A stretch of DNA of 61,479 nt, taken from IMG/VR virus record IMGVR_UViG_3300009155_000068, positions 1 to 61,479 of that record; one strand, 5' to 3'. This document shows, one piece after another, positions 18,001 through 27,930 of this stretch (positions are counted from its first letter, which is position 1; each line of letters begins with the position of its first letter). This DNA comes from a virus (lineage: Duplodnaviria; Caudoviricetes). A program made the translations under genes and the position numbers. Under the pieces are notes generated by a model. It had not been told where the DNA came from. It made no database searches and saw only the letters and a list, made by a program, of their open reading frames with translations.

Positions 18001-20536
18001 AGCCTACGGCGGAAATACACAAACAGCCAATGCCGCAGCAGCCTATGTTGAAGGTAGTGTGATTGCAGGGCAAGTAGAAGAAACATTAGCGGCATACAAA
18101 TATTGGAAAACTATTGTTGGAAATATTGTAAGAAATATTGAAATTAATACTACCCCTGGAAATAACACAGCTCAAAATATTAGCATTAGCAAAGGTTCTC
18201 CGGTACCTGTTAGCGGACCAGCTAGTTACGCACAAGAATTGTTACAGATTATTATTGATGTAGTAGATCACGGAACTGGATATATCCCTGATCCAGTCAC
18301 ACTTCCAGAATATAGTGTAGGTGACGGCGCCCTTTCAATTATTAGAACTGATATACTGGATAATGTAGCAACAATACAAGACAGTGTAATTGACTACTTG
18401 AATAGTGCATATGGCGGAAATATTGATGTGACATTATTTCCAGCAGTGCAACAAATAACTTCGGGTACTGTTGCACGATTACATAATGTAAGTACAATTA
18501 GTACTGGCGGTACAGCCATGGAATATGTTGGTGCAGGGGTTACCTATAATGCACTTCCATTCTTTGGCGGAGAACCAATCCCAGAAAACGAACGCATAGA
18601 AATTAACAACGGAAAATGTTTCACCGTTACTAACGATCAAGTAGGTAATTTTAGAGTTGGTTCAATCTTTAGAGTTAATGCACTAACCGGTGAAGTAACT
18701 ATTGATGCTGAAAATATTAGCTTATCTGGTATATCTTCAATTGGCCCATTTAAACGTAATGGCATTTATGTTGGTGTACAGCTAAAAGAAGTTAGTGATA
18801 ATACAAATTTAATAGCCAGTATTGGCACACAAGATAACAATACTGTACCTACACAGTATGCTGTCAGCCAATATGTAGAAAGTAGATATCTTAATAAGGT
18901 AACCACTGATCCAGAAACAGTGGCTAGCAATTCCATAACATTTGATGGTAGCATTGCAGTTAATGGTGGAACATTAAGTACAACTTATAGCAATTTTAGT
19001 CTAGTCAATGCCGCAGCAACCACTGTTAATTTTGCTGGAGAAGCTACCACAGTTAACATTGGCGATGCTACGGGTATTGTTTATATCAACGGCGACCTAC
19101 AGGTCAAAGGTGGAGACCTAACCACTGATCAAACAACATTTAATTTATTAGACACTACTGCTACTACTATAAATTTTGGTGGTGATGCTACTGTTATTAG
19201 CATTGGTAAAGACAGCGGTACCACTACGGTTAATAATAATTTTAAAGTTAATATTAATTCAACACTAGGCGATGACACCACTGCTCAGAATACTCTTAAT
19301 GGTAAATTAATATCTAATATTCCCGACAACATTGGATCAGCTGTTGAATTTAAAGAAAGTACAAATAGCTATTTAAAATTTGATACTTCAAACAGCGTTG
19401 AGCTTACAACATTTGGCACACTGCCAAAAGTATCATTTAAGAATACTACAGATGCCAGCAGTGCAACAAGTGCTGCTATAACTTTTGATGGCGGTGTTGG
19501 CATTGCTAAGAAATTATATGTGGGCACAGACTTAACTGTTAATGGAAATAGTGCTCTAGGTAATGATAGAGCTGTGGATACACATACAGTAGATGGCACA
19601 CTATCAATTAATGTGCCTGATAATACTGCTGTGGCATTTCAAGTTAAAGAAAACACACAAACTTATATCACGGCAGTTACTACAGATGGCAGTGAAAGTG
19701 TAACAATTGAATCAACTCCGTTACTATTAGTTAAAAATACTACTGATAACACCTTAGGAACAAATACCAGTGGTGCTCTACAAATTACTGGCGGTGTAGG
19801 CATTGCAAAGAATTTAACCGTTGGCAAAGGGTTAAGTGTAACTGAAGATGTAGAAATTAAAGGCGGCGACTTAACCACCAATCAAACAACTTTTAATTTA
19901 CTAAACACTACTGCTACTACCTTGAATATAGGCGGCGCCAGTACATCAACTAATATTAGTAGCGTTGCCAGCGGTACTACTACTATAGGATATGATCTTG
20001 TAGTTAATGCCGACTTGCAGGTTAAAGGTGGCGACCTAACCACCAATCAAACAACATTTAATTTACTAAACACTACTGCTACTACAATTAATTTTGCTGG
20101 AGTAAGTACTAGTACAGCCATTGGTTCTACAGGCAGTGGCACTACTACCATTGGTTATGACCTTGTGGTTAATTCAGACCTACAGGTCAAAGGTGGCGAT
20201 TTAACCACTAATCAAACAACATTTAATCTATTAAACACCACTGCTACAACTTTGAACATTGGCGGCGACGCCACCACAGTCAATCTTGGCAAGAGTACGG
20301 GAACGGTAAATATTGGTGTACTAGCATTAACCACAGATCTTGAAGTACAGTATGGTGGCACAGGTGTAAGCAGTTTTACAGCCAAGGGGGTAGTATATGG
20401 AAATAGTACCAGCGGATTGTTAGTTACTGCCGCTAGTAATCCAGGTAGCAATGCTACTGCTAGTTATGGAATTTTAACCACAGACGGAACTAATGTTCCA
20501 GTCTGGACAGATGTGATAGATGGCGGTACTTATTAA
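15026..20536 (+). CDS. Giant tail fibre/structural protein with beta-helix module, four C-x-R-D helical repeats and C-terminal fibre repeats
   Basis: YV...GDD.NDG / G.Y.E.NPI / GD.LR / SPYIQNCS beta-helix start; CRRD, CSRD, CQRD, CRRD repeats; VKGGDLTT repeats; ends IDGGTY. Confidence 0.8.
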   Translation: MKYIRRQNLNQQNALDKKVLIKPNGDIEFNPTSSVTVNGEFITVGTQVASPEVTNVMYVTLDGDDANDGMGEGPRQAKRTVKSACDVAQEGTTIFVRSGTYYEDNPIRVPPKVSIIGDNLRRTIIKPLNGTTKWNITHIQRIDGLVTVTLDVEHDLTVADRVRVICSQADIDDENATIVTIPDSMSFTYNDYGTNLTYAAATGTVERGTDLFLVNSQVYIAQLVIRSLPAPAYCINIDNEAIVDTSPYIQNCSNINGPWLNNGEEWLPFITEQRNTAGVMVTGPRPLLDEELDPAYLDVYGINQRGGGGGMLIDGDRYSSVSPIQSMVADAFTQVAQGAVGFHITNFGYMQLVSCFNVFCHIAYYTTKGGYLSISNSVCDFGNYAFVANGYYRTPYDSGVITTDYYSSVGSVTIDTTGSNYTIAPTVIFDPPTTPGSVQAEGTAVIDTITGKLVAISIDVPGSGYDFQPNITLTGGGVDPGLVQGSATANLQKNITVTVDNLSNKPQVGSIIFFGDDPTGYYISSTSNSNQTFVYNERKCRRDVELILNSVLTDMTFGSNYSSVAAGLSYIRSYAAKVTSLQKAQTIAGLNEARDLAIALTVNLSAQTAITDNFGIVTDIIDSGVGAAPAVSIPSSLTREEGYSQAKDILLANKLFIQDEITAWIAYNYSVLDYDSVTCSRDVGLIIDALCYDLMFGSNFRSITAARSYYRAGAAVVTQSQKEATLGAFRYLKTIAAAKINDNNTAVASVESNMDIIINVLENGLDEIGALIRPDPTGYSNNYKFARNLIDENKEFIKAEVSAYLNINYTAIWTALSPAGQANCQRDTGYILDALYYDLTYGGNLETTIAGRAYYSFSVLQIDPAEKAATLAAYDHMRIIIGDIAQNIDIVQLQGSVLQVTGLPGSLAAANTAKDLIQNVIDIIDTNVYTDVEPSTAWVDTELVEKNTALQYARSSIQDSVIKYINSNNFIYNSTTCRRDVSYIIDAMAYDLAYGGNTQTANAAAAYVEGSVIAGQVEETLAAYKYWKTIVGNIVRNIEINTTPGNNTAQNISISKGSPVPVSGPASYAQELLQIIIDVVDHGTGYIPDPVTLPEYSVGDGALSIIRTDILDNVATIQDSVIDYLNSAYGGNIDVTLFPAVQQITSGTVARLHNVSTISTGGTAMEYVGAGVTYNALPFFGGEPIPENERIEINNGKCFTVTNDQVGNFRVGSIFRVNALTGEVTIDAENISLSGISSIGPFKRNGIYVGVQLKEVSDNTNLIASIGTQDNNTVPTQYAVSQYVESRYLNKVTTDPETVASNSITFDGSIAVNGGTLSTTYSNFSLVNAAATTVNFAGEATTVNIGDATGIVYINGDLQVKGGDLTTDQTTFNLLDTTATTINFGGDATVISIGKDSGTTTVNNNFKVNINSTLGDDTTAQNTLNGKLISNIPDNIGSAVEFKESTNSYLKFDTSNSVELTTFGTLPKVSFKNTTDASSATSAAITFDGGVGIAKKLYVGTDLTVNGNSALGNDRAVDTHTVDGTLSINVPDNTAVAFQVKENTQTYITAVTTDGSESVTIESTPLLLVKNTTDNTLGTNTSGALQITGGVGIAKNLTVGKGLSVTEDVEIKGGDLTTNQTTFNLLNTTATTLNIGGASTSTNISSVASGTTTIGYDLVVNADLQVKGGDLTTNQTTFNLLNTTATTINFAGVSTSTAIGSTGSGTTTIGYDLVVNSDLQVKGGDLTTNQTTFNLLNTTATTLNIGGDATTVNLGKSTGTVNIGVLALTTDLEVQYGGTGVSSFTAKGVVYGNSTSGLLVTAASNPGSNATASYGILTTDGTNVPVWTDVIDGGTY
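19093..20290 (+). repeat. Intragenic repeats of DLQVKGGDLTT(N/D)QTTFNLLNTTATT (4 copies)
   Basis: Near-identical DNA and protein copies at about 19093, 19850, 20012 and 20177. Confidence 0.85.
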
Positions 20537-20602
20537 CGGGCGATAGTAATATCCTGACCCAGGGCGACGAAAGTCTTGACCCAACCTAGATAGGAAGATG
20601 AG

Positions 20603-23600
20603 ATGGCGACAAAAATTAAACATAGACGGTCCAGCGTATCTGGAAATGTTCCAACGGCTGGACAAATTGATGTAGCAGAATTTGCCTTCAATACCACAGA
20701 CGGATCAATCTTCATTAAGAATGAAGCCAGCGACATCATTGATGTAACGGCAAATTTATACAAGAAAAATACCAGTATTGCCCTAACAGATACCGGCACT
20801 GATGGTACTATCACCATGAAGGCCGACGGTGATATAACGATTGAAGCCACTTCAACTTTAATATCCCTTAAACAAAATGCCAGTATTGAAGACGCCAAAG
20901 AACTGCGATTAAAAGAACTGGCCGCCAATGGCACAAACTATTCTGGATTTAAATCGTCTGACAGTTTGGCTAGCAGTTATATTCTAACGCTGCCAACAAC
21001 TAATGGTACTGTTGGACAAATAATGTCTACTGACGGCGATGGGCAACTGTACTTTTCTGACTCTGATGTGTTTGGTGGTAACAGAGTTTATGTATCTGCT
21101 AGCAAAGGTGATGATACTAATGACGGTATAACAGCTCCTGTACTAACAATTAAACGTGCTTGCCAAATTGCTTCTGGTTTAGTTTATACATCTGGTAGTC
21201 TAGTTAATGGACAAAAAATAAACGTCATTGTTGCAGCAGGTGATTATACAGAACAAAATCCTATCATTATTCCAGACAATGTCACAGTTAAAGGTGATAG
21301 TCTACGTTCAGTGGTCATACGTCCTGCTAATGCCAATCAAGACATGCTGCGTGTGCGTAACGGTTGTTACTTTGGTGAATTTACATTCCGTGACGGACTC
21401 AGCGGAAATACCCCAACCTATACTTGGAATTATGCTGTGTCATTTGACGACCCGTTAGACCTTACAGTAAGTAGAACACTGTATACCTATCTTCCTTCGA
21501 CTAAGCCACTGATCACACAATCTCCTTATATTCAAAACTGTTCAATTATTTCATTCTTAGGGGGCAATGGTGCACTAGTTGACGGCAGTAAAGTAGTTAC
21601 TCCAAATACTTCAGCAAATCAAATTGAAGCAGAAAATCCAGTAAGCGGACCAGCACCTGATCAAGGTAAGTCAATGGTGGCCAACGCCTTTACCATGCTG
21701 TCGTTTGGGGGTACAGGCTGGCGATTGATCAATGATGCTTATGCACAGATCGTTTCATGTTTCCAAATTTTCATGTTGAACGGTGTGTACACACAGAGTG
21801 GCGGTTATTGTTCTATTACTAACTCAGCTACTAACTTTGGTTTATATGCTCTACGTGCCAGCGGTTACAGTCCTCACGCATTTGCCTTTGACAAGGGTTA
21901 TATTGGTACAACTGGTACAACAGGAAGTACTCAAACAATCACCGCATTTGGATGGACTCGACCCGACGGTCCAATAAACGAATTTGTCATAAGAATATAT
22001 GATCCAACAACAACGGCAGACCTAACCAGCACTTATAAAACTACTTTGCCCGGATATCTAGCTACAAGTTTTAATGCAGCCACTGCGGTAAACACTGCAA
22101 CTAACATATTTACAATCAGCAGTCATGGATTTTTAAATGGTGACACGGTTACCTATGACTCAAACAGCGGCACTGATATTAGTCCCTTATTCAGCGGAGA
22201 TACAGTTTACATAGGTTATCTAAGTAGCAGCACTTTTAAAATTTATTACGACGACAGTCTTACACGAGAAATAGACATTATCAGCGTGGGTGTGGGAACG
22301 CAATATTTTAGAAAACAAGATTATGAAATGTATGTTGATGAGGTCACTGATACGCATAATCAATTTCAAACACTGACTTTAGATGCAGGAAGCCCATCGG
22401 GATACTCATTTACCATAGGTGATTTAGTTGAAGGAACTACAGGCGCTTACCCCAATAAGGCCTATGTATACAGTTATAACAGCGGCACTAAACAATTAGT
22501 AGTCTGTGTCAATAAAGTAACGATAGGATTAACTGAAACTAGAAATAATTTTACCACACTAAGCCAAATTACCAGTGTTGCAGGTGTTGCAGCCAGTTAT
22601 TTTATGACTTCTGGTGTAGCATCAAGGACTGACTTGTATGGTGCAGACTTTGAAATACAACCTACTGTGGTCAGTGGCGCACTTACCACGGTGGTCACAC
22701 TCCCAGGTAAACAAATTTGGTTCCACAGACCCAGTGTTACTAACTCATCTGGACACACTTGGGAGTACGCAGGTTCAGGTACAGACTATAATGCTCTACC
22801 ACAGAACGGCGGCAAAGGTGTTGCTGCCTATGAGCAGGTAAGTGAAAATACTGGTAAAGTTTATACATCAGGAACCAACGAACTAGGTGACTTTAAAGTT
22901 GGTAATTTTATCACTGCTTATAACAGAACAGGTAACGTAACATTTACCAACAAAATTACTGTTGATACACTGGACGTTCTACGACTAGGTGTAGGTGGAG
23001 TCACAGTTGAAAGTATCAGTATTGATCCTGAGTTGGGACTAAACGAAACTGGCGGTCCAAAAGATACTAGAATTAGCACTCAGTTGGCTGTATACAGTTA
23101 CAATCAAATTCACCTTGGCAACGTTATTGATAAAAACGTGAGTACAAATGCAGTGCCAGGCTCACTGGTCCAGTTAAATTCTAATGGTCAAATTAACAGC
23201 GACCTAATCCCCACTTCAAGAAGTTTTAGCAGTTTTAGCTCTGCAGGTGTTAACAGCAGATTAGATCTAGCAGACGGTATACCAGCAGGTGATGTTCTTA
23301 GTGGCGACATCGCAGTTGAATCTTTTTACCAGCAAGAATTAACCATTGATTATCCAATAACTGCCGCTATTGGTACAGCAGTTATACAAACTACTGGAAA
23401 TACAGCCACAACTTCAATAACATCTACTGCAAACTCATTTACAGTAACACACACTGGTACACTGACCAACTCAACATACGTGTTAATTGAGGGAGTGACT
23501 CCCACTGCCTACAACGGAGTATGGCTAATCAACAAGGCAAGCTCAGGATCATTTACTGTATTTTCTAACAGTAATCCTGGAACTGCCACTGTACAAGGTA

Positions 23601-26600
23601 CAATTTACTATGGCGGGGCCAGTGGCCGGTTAACAGGTTCTTATACTGCCGCCACTGCTATCGTTGTGGGCAGTGTGTTCACGAACTTTAATACACCATT
23701 TGTCACAGGTGCCAGCACTCTAATTATTGGTACAGATAGAACACCAAGTGACACCAATACCTCGGTAACTGTAAGTATTGCCACTACCGCAGCCAGTGCC
23801 AGTTTGAATTATTTCTTGAATGTCGGTACATATTCACAATATCTAGTATTAGAAAACACAGCTACACCAACATTTACCAATGGCAGCATCAGCGCGGCAC
23901 TTAGATATAGTAATGTAGGATACATTACAACCAGCTCTGCACATAACTTTAGCACAGGCAATGAAGTTAAAGTCAATGCTGTCACAGATAGTTTTGATGG
24001 AACTGCCTATGTCACTGTAATTTCTTCAACTGAATTTAGTTATAGTAGCAGCGGTACTGACACTACTGCCACTGCAACAACCACATCAACTGCTACTCTA
24101 GTAGCAGTTACTGGTACAAGTACCACAGGCAGTGTGGCAACCGCTGGTCTAACCGGCACTATTGCAGTAGGAGATTATGCATTTGGTGCCACATTACCCT
24201 ACGGTGCCAAAGTCACTGTGGTTAACATGGCGGTTAACCCAAGAACATTTACCATAGCCTGGCCAACATCAGCTACAGTCACAGGAACCAGCACGGCTGC
24301 ACTGACATTCATCACTCCTGCTAGTGAAACCGGCACAGTTCGATCAGTACTAACAGCGGCTGACTCTTCAAGCCAGGGTGAATTTACAGAACTACGTTCA
24401 GGCGTATTAACCGCAGTTAACAACTTATCAGGATTAACTGGAGGTAGTAGTTATGTAGCCGGTATATATTCTAGAGTACCTTTGACTAATCAAACAGTGG
24501 CAACAACCAGTATTAGTAGCACAGCCACAGTGGCTACTATTACACATGGTACTACAAGTATAAACACATTCACCACAAGCTCTCAAGTGGTCATTGCAGG
24601 CACCACAGCATCCAGTGGCAGTGCAGGACAGTACAACGGTACATGGACTGTGACCAGCGGTTCAGCAGGATCATTTACTATTACTGGAACATTTACCAAC
24701 GGTGCAACAGCCAGCGTACAAGGTACAGTGGCCAGCGGTGTTGGCGAGTGTGCTCTTGCAGCCATCACAGTGTCTGGCGCAGGAGCAGTCACCGATGTTG
24801 ACCTAGTATTTGGTGGTGCCAACTATGCTGTAGGTAGTACACTAACTACCAGTAATGCGTACCTAGGCGGTGCAGGTTCTGGATTTAAAATAACAACCAC
24901 TGCCATAGAAAAACGTGCCTATATAAACTTATTTGGTGGTCAAACATTCATTGCCACAGCAGTTTCTCCGGACTTTGTAGAAGAAAATGCCAGCACTGTG
25001 CTAACAGCAACAGCAACTGGTACTGTGGTTGCAACATTTAATGCCCAATCAACTGGTTCCGGCGGCGGCGTTGACACCCTATTGAATAGAATTACTACAT
25101 TATCGGCACACGGATTTACCACCGGTGATCCTGTACTCTACAATCCCGGAAGTGATCCTGCTGTTGGAGGATTAACCAGCGGAGTTATCTATTATGCTAA
25201 AGTTATTAGTGCCAGCACCATAGAACTTTATACAAATTATGGCATATCAACAATAATAGTATTGTCTACATCAACAGGCACTGGCCATACATTCACTAGA
25301 AGTACAGTGGATATTATCGACAATACAATAACCATACCAAGTCATGGATTTAGTACAGGTGATGCGTTCCGCATAAACGGCAGTGATTTACCCTACATAA
25401 GCAGCGTACAAATCACATCCGGAAGTCGTTATTTTGTTGGTTCTGTTACAACCAACAGTTTTAGTATCCACGAACTACGCAGTGATGCACTGGATAGTAT
25501 TAGTGGTGTTACTATCAACACACTTAATATTACAGCCACTGGTTCCGGTACTATTACTATTACAAAAAATAACATTAAGGTAACTTCAACGGTTAATACC
25601 AGTAGCAGTAATTTTGATGATTGGAATAGTCTAACAACCACTACCATTGACGCAAGTAGTATTATTTCGGGTATTATTAGTACATCAAGACTGGCCTCAG
25701 GTAGTGCAAGCAGTAGCACATTCTTACGCGGCGACTCAATTTGGAGTCCTGTGGTACAAAGTGCTGTACTAGCATCAAGTTCCGCATTGACATTAAGTGG
25801 CACAGGCGTTGGTCCTTATACAGGTGCACTGACATTTGATGTTGTCAAAGCAGATAAGACTGGAGGTAGTGGCGGTTATTCAACTACAGGTGTAGCCAGT
25901 TTTAATACCACACAATTTTCAGTTGGGGTCGGCGACAGTCTAAGTGCTGGTCAAGTATTGATCAAAGCAGGCGTTGTTGATGCAGGCACACTAGATACCT
26001 ATGATTCAACATATTTTTTAAATCCCAGTAATTTAACCAGTGCTGTGCCAGTGAACAAAGGTGGTACTGCTCTTGTTACATACACTGTTGGTGATACTCT
26101 CTACGCCAGTGGTTCAACTACTTTAAACACCGTGGCTATTGGGGTAGCAGATACTGTAATGACCAGCACTGGGTCAGCACCCCAATGGAGTCCAGCATTA
26201 ACAATAGCAAAAAATATTAGTGTTTCTGGAGCAGATGTTACTACATCAAGCACTGGCGCAAGCACATTGTTTAACACCAATTCACTGGCATTGAAATTAG
26301 GCGGAGCTGCAAATAATATCAATATTGGTTCAAGTACGGCTAGTCAAAGTTTGTCTTCTACAGTAAAAAGTTATACCACCGGAGGCAGTGCCAGTACCAC
26401 TGTTACAGTGAACGTAGGATTAACCGCAGCTATCAGCACTGTGGCTAGAGCAACAAATACTAGTACAATTACTACCAGTGCTAATCATGGATTAACCACA
26501 GGCGATGTAGTCACAGTAGTTTGTACAAGTGATACAGCGTTTAGTGCAATAGCAGTGAGTGTAACAGTTACAGGACTAACTACATTTACCTATGCAAATA

Positions 26601-27922
26601 GCGGAACTAATACTGGAAGCACAGGCGGAACAGGCAGTGTTTATATTGGCGTAACTGGAATTGATCTTGGAACTACAGCAAGTAACGGTGATACAGCACT
26701 GATATTTGTCAGCACCACAGGTGTTAGAGCAGGCATGCTGGTACAAAGTGCTGCCAGCGTTGCCGCAGGCACTACAGTTGTTGGCGTTAATGCCACTAGA
26801 GTATATCTAAGTGCAGCATTAACTGGCACAATTACCAGTGGCGTTGCTATAATTTTTACCAATACTAATACCAGTTTAGGTATTAGCACAGGTGATCAAA
26901 TTACTATTGCTAGTTCAACAGTGACTAATTTAGATGGTACTTGGCCGGTGACCAGTGCGGGAGCAACATCAACAACATTTAACGTTAAAGTAACCACTGC
27001 TGTTACAAGTACAAATGCTACCAGAGCAGGTACTGTAGTAAGAATAAACAACTTGATGTTAAAGAACAGAACTGTGACACTGGGCAGTTCAGAAGCCAGT
27101 GCTAGCCCTGTGGCGGCAACATTAAAAGGTGAAAATGCTGTAGGTACCAATGTCGCTGGTGCGGCCCTAACTGTTCGTCCAGGTCTGTCAACTGGCAGTG
27201 CCACTGGCGCTGTGATCAACTTCCAAACAGGCACTACGAGTACTACTGGTGATACTACTCAGTCAGCTGTAACTAGAATGACAGTGACTCAGAGTACTGC
27301 CGATACTACACTAGATTTAACCACAGCAATGACCACTGCTAATGTGTTTAACACAACAGCAACCACAGTCAATGCTTTTGGAGCAGCTACCAGCATCAGT
27401 ATGGGCACCGGCAGCAGTGGAACATTTACCATTGGCAGTGCTCTAGTAGTAATTAATAGCACTAAGTCTATTCAGATTCCAGTGGGTACTACATTAGAGA
27501 GACCTAGTGCAGTAACTGGACAAATACGTTTTAATTCAACGTTAAGCACATTTGAAGGCTATGGCGCCAGCGGGTGGGGCAGTCTAGGTGGCGTTAAATC
27601 AGTTGACGGTTTTACATACATTATCCCAGAAACAAGTCCAGGTGCAAGTAACGGTGAATTAGAATTTTATGTTGAAGATGCAGCCGGTACTGGTACGGTC
27701 AAGGCCGCTGGTTTAAATAGAACAAAGTTAGCAGTGCTACCAACTACAGCTTCTACTACTAGCACAACCGGTGCTCTTACAGTAGCAGGTGGCGTGGGAG
27801 TTAGTGGTAATGTCTATGTTGGATCAGGTAGTAAAGTAGGATTTGTAAATGCCAGCGATGTTAGTGTAGTATATCAAGTTTACAACAGTGTGGCAAATAG
27901 TTTAGATACAATTTTTGGATGA
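20603..27922 (+). CDS. Giant tail fibre/adhesin (2439 aa)
   Basis: N-terminal IKHRRS...P....L..AE.A.NT.DG anchor; beta-helix module paralogous to the previous gene; repeated (A/N)HG(F/L).TGD.V domains; IPVGTT.ERP....G.IRFN...FEGY motif. Confidence 0.85.
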   Translation: MATKIKHRRSSVSGNVPTAGQIDVAEFAFNTTDGSIFIKNEASDIIDVTANLYKKNTSIALTDTGTDGTITMKADGDITIEATSTLISLKQNASIEDAKELRLKELAANGTNYSGFKSSDSLASSYILTLPTTNGTVGQIMSTDGDGQLYFSDSDVFGGNRVYVSASKGDDTNDGITAPVLTIKRACQIASGLVYTSGSLVNGQKINVIVAAGDYTEQNPIIIPDNVTVKGDSLRSVVIRPANANQDMLRVRNGCYFGEFTFRDGLSGNTPTYTWNYAVSFDDPLDLTVSRTLYTYLPSTKPLITQSPYIQNCSIISFLGGNGALVDGSKVVTPNTSANQIEAENPVSGPAPDQGKSMVANAFTMLSFGGTGWRLINDAYAQIVSCFQIFMLNGVYTQSGGYCSITNSATNFGLYALRASGYSPHAFAFDKGYIGTTGTTGSTQTITAFGWTRPDGPINEFVIRIYDPTTTADLTSTYKTTLPGYLATSFNAATAVNTATNIFTISSHGFLNGDTVTYDSNSGTDISPLFSGDTVYIGYLSSSTFKIYYDDSLTREIDIISVGVGTQYFRKQDYEMYVDEVTDTHNQFQTLTLDAGSPSGYSFTIGDLVEGTTGAYPNKAYVYSYNSGTKQLVVCVNKVTIGLTETRNNFTTLSQITSVAGVAASYFMTSGVASRTDLYGADFEIQPTVVSGALTTVVTLPGKQIWFHRPSVTNSSGHTWEYAGSGTDYNALPQNGGKGVAAYEQVSENTGKVYTSGTNELGDFKVGNFITAYNRTGNVTFTNKITVDTLDVLRLGVGGVTVESISIDPELGLNETGGPKDTRISTQLAVYSYNQIHLGNVIDKNVSTNAVPGSLVQLNSNGQINSDLIPTSRSFSSFSSAGVNSRLDLADGIPAGDVLSGDIAVESFYQQELTIDYPITAAIGTAVIQTTGNTATTSITSTANSFTVTHTGTLTNSTYVLIEGVTPTAYNGVWLINKASSGSFTVFSNSNPGTATVQGTIYYGGASGRLTGSYTAATAIVVGSVFTNFNTPFVTGASTLIIGTDRTPSDTNTSVTVSIATTAASASLNYFLNVGTYSQYLVLENTATPTFTNGSISAALRYSNVGYITTSSAHNFSTGNEVKVNAVTDSFDGTAYVTVISSTEFSYSSSGTDTTATATTTSTATLVAVTGTSTTGSVATAGLTGTIAVGDYAFGATLPYGAKVTVVNMAVNPRTFTIAWPTSATVTGTSTAALTFITPASETGTVRSVLTAADSSSQGEFTELRSGVLTAVNNLSGLTGGSSYVAGIYSRVPLTNQTVATTSISSTATVATITHGTTSINTFTTSSQVVIAGTTASSGSAGQYNGTWTVTSGSAGSFTITGTFTNGATASVQGTVASGVGECALAAITVSGAGAVTDVDLVFGGANYAVGSTLTTSNAYLGGAGSGFKITTTAIEKRAYINLFGGQTFIATAVSPDFVEENASTVLTATATGTVVATFNAQSTGSGGGVDTLLNRITTLSAHGFTTGDPVLYNPGSDPAVGGLTSGVIYYAKVISASTIELYTNYGISTIIVLSTSTGTGHTFTRSTVDIIDNTITIPSHGFSTGDAFRINGSDLPYISSVQITSGSRYFVGSVTTNSFSIHELRSDALDSISGVTINTLNITATGSGTITITKNNIKVTSTVNTSSSNFDDWNSLTTTTIDASSIISGIISTSRLASGSASSSTFLRGDSIWSPVVQSAVLASSSALTLSGTGVGPYTGALTFDVVKADKTGGSGGYSTTGVASFNTTQFSVGVGDSLSAGQVLIKAGVVDAGTLDTYDSTYFLNPSNLTSAVPVNKGGTALVTYTVGDTLYASGSTTLNTVAIGVADTVMTSTGSAPQWSPALTIAKNISVSGADVTTSSTGASTLFNTNSLALKLGGAANNINIGSSTASQSLSSTVKSYTTGGSASTTVTVNVGLTAAISTVARATNTSTITTSANHGLTTGDVVTVVCTSDTAFSAIAVSVTVTGLTTFTYANSGTNTGSTGGTGSVYIGVTGIDLGTTASNGDTALIFVSTTGVRAGMLVQSAASVAAGTTVVGVNATRVYLSAALTGTITSGVAIIFTNTNTSLGISTGDQITIASSTVTNLDGTWPVTSAGATSTTFNVKVTTAVTSTNATRAGTVVRINNLMLKNRTVTLGSSEASASPVAATLKGENAVGTNVAGAALTVRPGLSTGSATGAVINFQTGTTSTTGDTTQSAVTRMTVTQSTADTTLDLTTAMTTANVFNTTATTVNAFGAATSISMGTGSSGTFTIGSALVVINSTKSIQIPVGTTLERPSAVTGQIRFNSTLSTFEGYGASGWGSLGGVKSVDGFTYIIPETSPGASNGELEFYVEDAAGTGTVKAAGLNRTKLAVLPTTASTTSTTGALTVAGGVGVSGNVYVGSGSKVGFVNASDVSVVYQVYNSVANSLDTIFG

Positions 27923-27930
27923 TAATTTAA

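Noticed and set aside
20551-20576. Hammerhead ribozyme (CTGA...GAAA-GTC)
   Set aside because: The CUGANGA core is absent, and the GAAA is a tetraloop rather than a junction strand.
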